This document shows, one piece after another, positions 26,701 through 38,700 of a stretch of DNA of 64,000 nt. Within the stretch, counting starts at the first letter, position 1. Every line of letters starts with the position of its first letter. Made by a program: the position numbers and the translations under genes. The notes beneath the pieces are model-generated. The model had not been told where the DNA came from, ran no database searches, and saw nothing but the letters and a program-made list of their open reading frames with translations. The stretch lies in assembly GCF_009914755.1 (NCBI RefSeq), contig NC_060927.1, one strand, 5' to 3'. Source of the stretch: the human T2T-CHM13v2.0 reference genome, Homo sapiens.

Positions 26701-29700
26701 CAAACGTCACAACTCAGTTTCTGAGAATGCTTCTGACTAGATTTTATGGTAAGATATTTCCTTTTCCACCGTAGGCTTCAATGCCCTGTAAATACACCCT
26801 TGCAAATTCTACAAAGAGACTGTTTCATAACTGCTCTATAGGACGAAAGGTTCAACTCTGTGAGTTGAATGCAGAGATCACAACGTGGTTTCTGCGAATG
26901 ATTCTTTGTAGTTTTTACATGAAGATATTTCGTTGTCTACCGTAGGCTTCAAAGCACTCAAAGTATTCACTTGGAACTTTTACAAAAAGAGTGTTAGAAA
27001 ATTGCTCTTTCCAAGGTAAGGTTCAACTCTGTGAGTTGAATGCACACATAACAAACAAGAAGTTTCTGAGAATTCTTCTGTCCTGGTTTATATGAAGAAA
27101 TCACGTTTCCAACGAAGGCCTCAAAGACGTTTAAATATCCACTTGCAGACTTCACAAACAGAGTGTTTCCAAACTGCTCTATGAAAAGAAAGGGTAAACA
27201 CTGTGAGTTGAACGCACACCTCACAAAGTAGTTTCTGAGAATGATACTGTCTAGTTTTTATACGAAGATATTTCCTTTTGTACCATTGGCCTCATACTGC
27301 TAGAATTTTCCACTTGCAAATTCCACAAAAAGAGTGTTTCCAATCTGCTCTGTCTAAAGGAAGGTTCAACTCTGTGAGTTGAGTACACACACACAAAGAA
27401 GCTACTGAGAATTCTTTTGTCAAGAATTATAAGAAGAAATCCCGTTTCCAACCAAGGCCTCAAAGAGTTCCAAATATCCACTTGCACACTGCACAAACTA
27501 AGTCTTTCCATACTGCTCTATGCAAAGAAATGTTCAAATCTGTGAGTTTAATACACACATCACAAAGCAGTTTCTGAGAATGATACTGTCTAGTTTTTAT
27601 ACGAAGATATTTCCTTTTGTACCATTGGCCTCATACTGCTAGAATTTTCCACTTGCAAATTCCACAAAAAGAGTGTTTCCAATCCGCTCTGTCTAAAGGA
27701 AGGTTCAACTCTCTGATTTGAATACATACATCCCAAAAGAAGTTACTGAGAATTCTTCTGTCTAGCATTATGTGAAGAAATCCCGTTTCCAACGAAAGCC
27801 TCAAAGAGGCCCAAATATCCAGTTGCAGCATTTACAAACTGACTGTTTCCAAACTCATCTATGAAAAGAAAGGTTAAACTCTGTGAGTTGAATGCACATA
27901 TCACAAAGTAGTTCCTGAGAATGATTCTGTCTAGTTTTTATACGAAGATATTTCCTTTTCCACCAATGGCCTCAAAGTGCTTGAAATCTCCCCTTGCAAA
28001 TTCCACAGACAAGTGTCTCAAATCTGCACTGTCTAAAGGAAGGTTCAACCCTGTGAGTTGAATACACACACACAGAAAAAAATTCACTGAGAATTCTATT
28101 GTCTATCATTACACGAAGAAATCCCGTTTACTACGAAGGCCTCAAAGAGGTCCAAATATCCAGCTGCAGACATTACAAACTGAGTGTTTCCAAAGTGCTC
28201 TATGAAAAGAAGTGTTAAACACTGTGAGTTCAATGCACACATCCCAAAGCAGTTTCTGAGAATGATTCCGTCTATTTTTTCTACGAAGATATTTCCTTTT
28301 CTACCGTTGGCCTCAAAGCGCTTGAAATCTCCACTTGCAAATTCCACAAAAAGAGAGTTTCAAATCTGCTCTGTCTAAAGGAAGGTTCAACTCTGTGAGT
28401 TGAATACACACCACAAAAAGAAGTTACTGAGAATTCTTCTGTCTAGCATTATATGAAAAATCCCGTTTCCAACGAAGGCCACAAAGAGGTCCAAATATCC
28501 ACTTGCAGATTCTGCAAAAAGAGTGTTTCCAAACTGCTCTATGAAAAGAAACGTTAAACTCTGTGAGTTGAACGCAAACATCACAAAGTAGTTTCTGAGA
28601 ATGACTCCGTCTAGTTTTTATACGAAGATATTTCCTTTCCTACCATTCACTTCAAAGCGCTTGAAGTCTCACCCTGAAAATTCCACAAAAAGTGTTTCCA
28701 ATCTGCTCCGCCTAAAGGAAGCTTCAACTCTGTGAGTTGAATACCCACAACCCAAAGAAGTTACTGAGAATTCTTCTGTCTAGCACTATATGAAGAAATC
28801 CCGTTTCCAACGAAGGCCTCAAATACATCCAAATATCCAGTTGCTGACTTTACAAACTGAGTGTTTCCAAACTGCTCTATGAAAAGAAAGGTTAAACACT
28901 GTGAGTTGAACACACACGTACCAAAGTAGTTTCTGAGAATGATTCTGTCTAGTTTGCATACGAAGATATTTCCTTTTCTACCATTGGCCTCAAAGCTTTG
29001 AAATCTCCACTTGCAAATTCCACAAAAAGAGAGTTTCAACTCTGCTGTTTCTAAAGGAAAGTTCAACTCTGAGAGTTGAATACACACCAGAAAAAGCAGT
29101 TACTGAGAAGTCTTCTGTCTAGCATTATATGAAGAAATCCCATTTCCAACGAAGACTTCAAAGAGGTCCAAATATCCACTTGCAGATTCTGCAAAAAGAG
29201 TGTTTGGAAACAACTGTATGAAAAGAAAGGTTAAACACTGTGAGTTGAACGCACACATTGCAGAGCAGTTTCTGAGAATGATTCCGTCTAATTATTATAC
29301 GAAGGTATTTCCTTTTCTATCATTGGCCTCAAAGCGCTTGATACCTCCACCTGAAAATTCCACAAAAAGAGTGTTTCCAATCTACTCTGTCTAAAGGAAC
29401 GTTCAACTCCGTGAGTTGAATACACACACACAGAAAGAATTCACTGAGAATTCTTCTGTCTGGCATTACATGAAGAAATCCCGTTTCCAACGAAGGCCTC
29501 AAAGAGGTCCAAATATCCACTTGCAGATTCTGCAAAAAGAGTGTTTCAAAACCGCTCCATTAAAAGGAATGTTGAACTCTGTGAGTTGAATGCAAACATC
29601 ACAACTCAGTTTCTGAGAATGCTTCTGACTAGATTTTATGGTAAGATATTTCCTTTTCTACCATAGGCTTCAATGCCCTGTAAATACACCCTTGCAAATT

Positions 29701-32700
29701 CAACAAAGAGACTGTTTCATAACTGCTCTATAGGAGGAAAGGTTCAACTCTGTGAGTTGAAAGCAGAGATCACAACGTGGTTTCTGCGAATGATTCTTTG
29801 TAGTTTTTACATGAAGATATTTCGTTGTCTACCGTAAGGCTTCAAAGCACTCAAAGTATTCACTTGGAAATTTAAAAAAAAGAGTGTTAGAAAACTGCTC
29901 TTTCCAAAGTAAGGTTCAACTCTGTGAGTTGAATGCACACATAACAAACAAGAAGTTTCTGAGAATTCTTCTGTCCTGGTTTATATGAAGAAATCCCGTT
30001 TCCAACGAAGGCCTCAAAGACGTTTAAATATCCACTTGCAGACTTCACAAACAGAGTGTTTCCAAACTGCTCTATGAAAAGAAAGGGTAAACACTGTGAG
30101 TTGAACGCACACCTCACAAAGTAGTTTCTGAGAATGATACTGTCTAGTTTTTATACGAAGATATTTCCTTTTGTACCATTGGCCTCATACTGCTAGAATT
30201 TTCCACTTGCAAATTCCACAAAAAGAGTGTTTCCAATCTGCTCTGTCTAAAGGAAGGTTCAACTCTGTGAGTTGAGTACACACACACAAAGAAGCTACTG
30301 AGAATTCTTTTGTCAAGAATTATAAGAAGAAATCCCGTTTCCAACCAAGGCCTCAAAGAGTTCCAAATATCCACTTGCACACTGCACAAACTAAGTCTTT
30401 CCATACTGCTCTATGCAAAGAAATGTTCAACTCTGTGAGTTTAATACACACATCACAAAGCAGTTTCTGAGAATGATACTGTCTAGTTTTTATACGAAGA
30501 TATTTCCTTTTGTACCATTGGCCTCATACTGCTAGAATTTTCCACTTGCAAATTCCACAAAAAGAGTGTTTCCAATCCGCTCTGTCTAAAGGAAGGTTCA
30601 ACTCTCTGATTTGAATACATACATCCCAAAAGAAGTTACTGAGAATTCTTCTGTCTAGCATTATGTGAAGAAATCCCGTTTCCAACGAAAGCCTCAAAGA
30701 GGCCCAAATATCCAGTTGCAGCATTTACAAACTGACTGTTTCCAAACTCATCTATGAAAAGAAAGGTTAAACTCTGTGAGTTGAATGCACATATCACAAA
30801 GTAGTTCCTGAGAATGATTCTGTCTAGTTTTTATACGAAGATATTTCCTTTTCCACCAATGGCCTCAAAGTGCTTGAAATCTCCCCTTGCAAATTCCACA
30901 GACAAGTGTCTCAAATCTGCACTGTCTAAAGGAAGGTTCAACCCTGTGAGTTGAATACACACACACAGAAAAAAATTCACTGAGAATTCTATTGTCTATC
31001 ATTACCCGAAGAAATCCCGTTTACTACGAAGGCCTCAAAGAGGTCCAAATATCCAGCTGCAGACATTACAAACTGAGTGTTTCCAAAGTGCTCTATGAAA
31101 AGAAGTGTTAAACACTGTGAGTTCAATGCACACATCCCAAAGCAGTTTCTGAGAATGATTCCGTCTATTTTTTCTACGAAGATATTTCCTTTTCTACCGT
31201 TGGCCTCAAAGCGCTTGAAATCTCCACTTGCAAATTCCACAAAAAGAGAGTTTCAAATCTGCTCTGTCTAAAGGAAGGTTCAACTCTGTGAGTTGAATAC
31301 ACACCACAAAAAGAAGTTACTGAGAATTCTTCTGTCTAGCATTATATGAAAAATCCCGTTTCCAACGAAGGCCACAAAGAGGTCCAAATATCCACTTGCA
31401 GATTCTGCAAAAAGAGTGTTTCCAAACTGCTCTATGAAAAGAAACGTTAAACTCTGTGAGTTGAACGCAAACATCACAAAGTAGTTTCTGAGAATGACTC
31501 CGTCTAGTTTTTATACGAAGATATTTCCTTTTCTACCATTCACTTCAAAGCGCTTGAAGTCTCCCCCTGAAAATTCCAGAAAAAGTGTTTCCAATCTGCT
31601 CCGCCTAAAGGAAGCTTCAACTCTGTGAGTTGAATACCCACAAACCAAAGAAGTTACTGAGAATTCTTCTGTCTAGCACTATATGAAGAAATCCCGTTTC
31701 CAACGAAGGCCTCAAATACATCCAAATATCCAGTTGCTGACTTTACAAACTGGGTGTTTCCAAACTGCTCTATGAAAAGAAAGGTTAAACACTGTGAGTT
31801 GAACACACACGTACCAAAGTAGTTTCTGAGAATGATTCTGTCTAGTTTGCATACGAAGATATTTCCTTTTCTACCATTGGCCTCAAAGCTTTGAAATCTC
31901 CACTTGCAAATTCCACAAAAAGAGAGTTTCAACTCTGCTGTTTCTAAAGGAAAGTTCAACTCTGAGAGTTGAATACACACCAGAAAAAGCAGTTACTGAG
32001 AAGTCTTCTGTCTAGCATTATATGAAGAAATCCCATTTCCAACGAAGACTTCAAAGAGGTCCAAATATCCACTTGCAGATTCTGCAAAAAGAGTGTTTCG
32101 AAACAAAACTGTATGAAAAGAAAGGTTAAACACTGTGAGTTGAACGCACACATTGCAAAGCAGTTTCTGAGAATGATTCCGTCTAATTATTATACGAAGG
32201 TATTTCCTTTTCTATCATTGGCCTCAAAGCGCTTGATACCTCCACCTGAAAATTCCACAAAAAGAGTGTTTCCAATCTACTCTGTCTAAAGGAACGTTCA
32301 ACTCTGTGAGTTGAATACACACACACAGAAAGAATTCACTGAGAATTCTTCTGTCTGGCATTACATGAAGAAATCCCGTTTCCAACGAAGGCCTCAAAGA
32401 GGTCCAAATATCCACTTGCAGATTCTGCAAAAAGAGTGTTTCAAAACCGCTCCATTAAAAGGAATGTTGAACTCTGTGAGTTGAATGCAAACATCACAAC
32501 TCAGTTTCTGAGAATGCTTCTGACTAGATTTTATGGTAAGATATTTCCTTTTCTACCGTAGGCTTCAATGCCCTCTAAATACACCCTTGCAAATTCTACA
32601 AAGAGACTGTTTCATAACTGCTCTATAGGAGGAAAGGTTCAACTCTGTGAGTTGAATGCAGAGATCACAACGTGGTTTCTGCGAATGATTCTTTGTAGTT

Positions 32701-35700
32701 TTTACATGAAGATATTTCGTTGTCTACCGTAGGCTTCAAAGCACTCAAAGTATTCACTTGGAACTTTTACAAAAAGAGTGTTAGAAAACTGCTCTTTCCA
32801 AAGTAAGGTTCAACTCTGTGAGTTGAATGCACACATAACAAACAAGAAGTTTCTGAGAATTCTTCTGTCCTGGTTTATATGAAGAAATCCCGTTTCCAAC
32901 GAAGGCCTCAAAGACGTTTAAATATCCACTTGCAGACTTCACAAACAGAGTGTTTCCAAACTGCTCTATGAAAAGAAAGGGTAAACACTGTGAGTTGAAC
33001 GCACACCTCACAAAGTAGTTTCTGAGAATGATACTGTCTAGTTTTTATACGAAGATATTTCCTTTTGTACCATTGGCCTCATACTGCTAGAATTTTCCAC
33101 TTGCAAATTCCACAAAAAGAGTGTTTCCAATCTGCTCTGTCTAAAGGAAGGTTCAACTCTGTGAGTTGAGTACACACACACAAAGAAGCTACTGAGAATT
33201 CTTTTGTCAAGAATTATAAGAAGAAATCCCGTTTCCAACCAAGGCCTCAAAGAGTTCCAAATATCCACTTGCACACTGCACAAACTAAGTCTTTCCATAC
33301 TGCTCTATGCAAAGAAATGTTCAAATCTGTGAGTTTAATACACACATCACAAAGCAGTTTCTGAGAATGATACTGTCTAGTTTTTATACGAAGATATTTC
33401 CTTTTGTACCATTGGCCTCATACTGCTAGAATTTTCCACTTGCAAATTCCACAAAAAGAGTGTTTCCAATCCGCTCTGTCTAAAGGAAGGTTCAACTCTC
33501 TGATTTGAATACATACATCCCAAAAGAAGTTACTGAGAATTCTTCTGTCTAGCATTATGTGAAGAAATCCCGTTTCCAACGAAAGCCTCAAAGAGGCCCA
33601 AATATCCAGTTGCAGCATTTACAAACTGACTGTTTCCAAACTCATCTATGAAAAGAAAGGTTAAACTCTGTGAGTTGAATGCACATATCACAAAGTAGTT
33701 CCTGAGAATGATTCTGTCTAGTTTTTATACGAAGATATTTCCTTTTCCACCAATGGCCTCAAAGTGCTTGAAATCTCCCCTTGCAAATTCCACAGACAAG
33801 TGTCTCAAATCTGCACTGTCTAAAGGAAGGTTCAACCCTGTGAGTTGAATACACACACACAGAAAAAAATTCACTGAGAATTCTATTGTCTATCATTACC
33901 CGAAGAAATCCCGTTTACTACGAAGGCCTCAAAGAGGTCCAAATATCCAGCTGCAGACATTACAAACTGAGTGTTTCCAAAGTGCTCTATGAAAAGAAGT
34001 GTTAAACACTGTGAGTTCAATGCACACATCCCAAAGCAGTTTCTGAGAATGATTCCGTCTATTTTTTCTACGAAGATATTTCCTTTTCTACCGTTGGCCT
34101 CAAAGCGCTTGAAATCTCCACTTGCAAATTCCACAAAAAGAGAGTTTCAAATCTGCTCTGTCTAAAGGAAGGTTCAACTCTGTGAGTTGAATACACACCA
34201 CAAAAAGAAGTTACTGAGAATTCTTCTGTCTAGCATTATATGAAAAATCCCGTTTCCAACGAAGGCCACAAAGAGGTCCAAATATCCACTTGCAGATTCT
34301 GCAAAAAGAGTGTTTCCAAACTGCTCTATGAAAAGAAACGTTAAACTCTGTGAGTTGAACGCAAACATCACAAAGTAGTTTCTGAGAATGACTCCGTCTA
34401 GTTTTTATACGAAGATATTTCCTTTTCTACCATTCACTTCAAAGCGCTTGAAGTCTCCCCCTGAAAATTCCACAAAAAGTGTTTCCAATCTGCTCCGCCT
34501 AAAGGAAGCTTCAACTCTGTGAGTTGAATACCCACAACCCAAAGAAGTTACTGAGAATTCTTCTGTCTAGCATTATATGAAGAAATCCCGTTTCCAACGA
34601 AGGCCTCAAATACATCCAAATATCCAGTTGCTGACTTTACAAACTGAGTGTTTCCAAACTGCTCTATGAAAAGAAAGGTTAAACACTGTGAGTTGAACAC
34701 ACACGTACCAAAGTAGTTTCTGAGAATGATTCTGTCTAGTTTGCATACGAAGATATTTCCTTTTCTACCATTGGCCTCAAAGCTTTGAAATCTCCACTTG
34801 CAAATTCCACAAAAAGAGAGTTTCAACTCTGCTGTTTCTAAAGGAAAGTTCAACTCTGAGAGTTGAATACACACCAGAAAAAGCAGTTACTGAGAAGTCT
34901 TCTGTCTAGCATTATATGAAGAAATCCCATTTCCAACGAAGACTTCAAAGAGGTCCAAATATCCACTTGCAGATTCTGCAAAAAGAGTGTTTCGAAACAA
35001 CTGTATGAAAAGAAAGGTTAAACACTGTGAGTTGAACGCACACATTGCAGAGCAGTTTCTGAGAATGATTCCGTCTAATTATTATACGAAGGTATTTCCT
35101 TTTCTATCATTGGCCTCAAAGCGCTTGATACCTCCACCTGAAAATTCCACAAAAAGAGTGTTTCCAATCTACTCTGTCTAAAGGAACGTTCAACTCCGTG
35201 AGTTGAATACACACACACAGAAAGAATTCACTGAGAATTCTTCTGTCTGGCATTACATGAAGAAATCCCGTTTCCAACGAAGGCCTCAAAGAGGTCCAAA
35301 TATCCACTTGCAGATTCTGCAAAAAGAGTGTTTCAAAACCGCTCCATTAAAAGGAATGTTGAACTCTGTGAGTTGAATGCAAACATCACAACTCAGTTTC
35401 TGAGAATGCTTCTGACTAGATTTTATGGTAAGATATTTCCTTTTCTACCGTAGGCTTCAATGCCCTGTAAATACACCCTTGCAAATTCAACAAAGAGACT
35501 GTTTCATAACTGCTCTATAGGAGGAAAGGTTCAACTCTGTGAGTTGAAAGCAGAGATCACAACGTGGTTTCTGCGAATGATTCTTTGTAGTTTTTACATG
35601 AAGATATTTCGTTGTCTACCGTAAGGCTTCAAAGCACTCAAAGTATTCACTTGGAAATTTAAAAAAAAGAGTGTTAGAAAACTGCTCTTTCCAAAGTAAG

Positions 35701-38700
35701 GTTCAACTCTGTGAGTTGAATGCACACATAACAAACAAGAAGTTTCTGAGAATTCTTCTGTCCTGGTTTATATGAAGAAATCCCGTTTCCAACGAAGGCC
35801 TCAAAGACGTTTAAATATCCACTTGCAGACTTCACAAACAGAGTGTTTCCAAACTGCTCTATGAAAAGAAAGGGTAAACACTGTGAGTTGAACGCACACC
35901 TCACAAAGTAGTTTCTGAGAATGATACTGTCTAGTTTTTATACGAAGATATTTCCTTTTGTACCATTGGCCTCATACTGCTAGAATTTTCCACTTGCAAA
36001 TTCCACAAAAAGAGTGTTTCCAATCTGCTCTGTCTAAAGGAAGGTTCAACTCTGTGAGTTGAGTACACACACACAAAGAAGCTACTGAGAATTCTTTTGT
36101 CAAGAATTATAAGAAGAAATCCCGTTTCCAACCAAGGCCTCAAAGAGTTCCAAATATCCACTTGCACACTGCACAAACTAAGTCTTTCCATACTGCTCTA
36201 TGCAAAGAAATGTTCAACTCTGTGAGTTTAATACACACATCACAAAGCAGTTTCTGAGAATGATACTGTCTAGTTTTTATACGAAGATATTTCCTTTTGT
36301 ACCATTGGCCTCATACTGCTAGAATTTTCCACTTGCAAATTCCACAAAAAGAGTGTTTCCAATCCGCTCTGTCTAAAGGAAGGTTCAACTCTCTGATTTG
36401 AATACATACATCCCAAAAGAAGTTACTGAGAATTCTTCTGTCTAGCATTATGTGAAGAAATCCCGTTTCCAACGAAAGCCTCAAAGAGGCCCAAATATCC
36501 AGTTGCAGCATTTACAAACTGACTGTTTCCAAACTCATCTATGAAAAGAAAGGTTAAACTCTGTGAGTTGAATGCACATATCACAAAGTAGTTCCTGAGA
36601 ATGATTCTGTCTAGTTTTTATACGAAGATATTTCCTTTTCCACCAATGGCCTCAAAGTGCTTGAAATCTCCCCTTGCAAATTCCACAGACAAGTGTCTCA
36701 AATCTGCACTGTCTAAAGGAAGGTTCAACCCTGTGAGTTGAATACACACACACAGAAAAAAATTCACTGAGAATTCTATTGTCTATCATTACCCGAAGAA
36801 ATCCCGTTTACTACGAAGGCCTCAAAGAGGTCCAAATATCCAGCTGCAGACATTACAAACTGAGTGTTTCCAAAGTGCTCTATGAAAAGAAGTGTTAAAC
36901 ACTGTGAGTTCAATGCACACATCCCAAAGCAGTTTCTGAGAATGATTCCGTCTATTTTTTCTACGAAGATATTTCCTTTTCTACCGTTGGCCTCAAAGCG
37001 CTTGAAATCTCCACTTGCAAATTCCACAAAAAGAGAGTTTCAAATCTGCTCTGTCTAAAGGAAGGTTCAACTCTGTGAGTTGAATACACACCACAAAAAG
37101 AAGTTACTGAGAATTCTTCTGTCTAGCATTATATGAAAAATCCCGTTTCCAACGAAGGCCACAAAGAGGTCCAAATATCCACTTGCAGATTCTGCAAAAA
37201 GAGTGTTTCCAAACTGCTCTATGAAAAGAAACGTTAAACTCTGTGAGTTGAACGCAAACATCACAAAGTAGTTTCTGAGAATGACTCCGTCTAGTTTTTA
37301 TACGAAGATATTTCCTTTTCTACCATTCACTTCAAAGCGCTTGAAGTCTCCCCCTGAAAATTCCACAAAAAGTGTTTCCAATCTGCTCCGCCTAAAGGAA
37401 GCTTCAACTCTGTGAGTTGAATACCCACAACCCAAAGAAGTTACTGAGAATTCTTCTGTCTAGCACTATATGAAGAAATCCCGTTTCCAACGAAGGCCTC
37501 AAATACATCCAAATATCCAGTTGCTGACTTTACAAACTGAGTGTTTCCAAACTGCTCTATGAAAAGAAAGGTTAAACACTGTGAGTTGAACACACACGTA
37601 CCAAAGTAGTTTCTGAGAATGATTCTGTCTAGTTTGCATACGAAGATATTTCCTTTTCTACCATTGGCCTCAAAGCTTTGAAATCTCCACTTGCAAATTC
37701 CACAAAAAGAGAGTTTCAACTCTGCTGTTTCTAAAGGAAAGTTCAACTCTGAGAGTTGAATACACACCAGAAAAAGCAGTTACTGAGAAGTCTTCTGTCT
37801 AGCATTATATGAAGAAATCCCATTTCCAACGAAGACTTCAAAGAGGTCCAAATATCCACTTGCAGATTCTGCAAAAAGAGTGTTTCGAAACAACTGTATG
37901 AAAAGAAAGGTTAAACACTGTGAGTTGAACGCACACATTGCAAAGCAGTTTCTGAGAATGATTCCGTCTAATTATTATACGAAGGTATTTCCTTTTCTAT
38001 CATTGGCCTCAAAGCGCTTGATACCTCCACCTGAAAATTCCACAAAAAGAGTGTTTCCAATCTACTCTGTCTAAAGGAACGTTCAACTCTGTGAGTTGAA
38101 TACACACACACAGAAAGAATTCACTGAGAATTCTTCTGTCTGGCATTACATGAAGAAATCCCGTTTCCAACGAAGGCCTCAAAGAGGTCCAAATATCCAC
38201 TTGCAGATTCTGCAAAAAGAGTGTTTCAAAACCGCTCCATTAAAAGGAATGTTGAACTCTGTGAGTTGAATGCAAACATCACAACTCAGTTTCTGAGAAT
38301 GCTTCTGACTAGATTTTATGGTAAGATATTTCCTTTTCTACCGTAGGCTTCAATGCCCTCTAAATACACCCTTGCAAATTCTACAAAGAGACTGCTTCAT
38401 AACTGCTCTATAGGAGGAAAGGTTCAACTCTGTGAGTTGAATGCAGAGATCACAACGTGGTTTCTGCGAATGATTCTTTGTAGTTTTTACATGAAGATAT
38501 TTCGTTGTCTACCGTAGGCTTCAAAGCACTCAAAGTATTCACTTGGAACTTTTACAAAAAGAGTGTTAGAAAACTGCTCTTTCCAAAGTAAGGTTCAACT
38601 CTGTGAGTTGAATGCACACATAACAAACAAGAAGTTTCTGAGAATTCTTCTGTCCTGGTTTATATGAAGAAATCCCGTTTCCAACGAAGGCCTCAAAGAC

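Noticed and set aside
29870-29881. A-rich run (tttaaaaaaaag) resembling an L1 endonuclease site or poly(A) retro-insertion scar
   Set aside because: Its length equals the consensus segment (19 vs 19 bp), so it arises from substitutions. There is no inserted sequence or target-site duplication.
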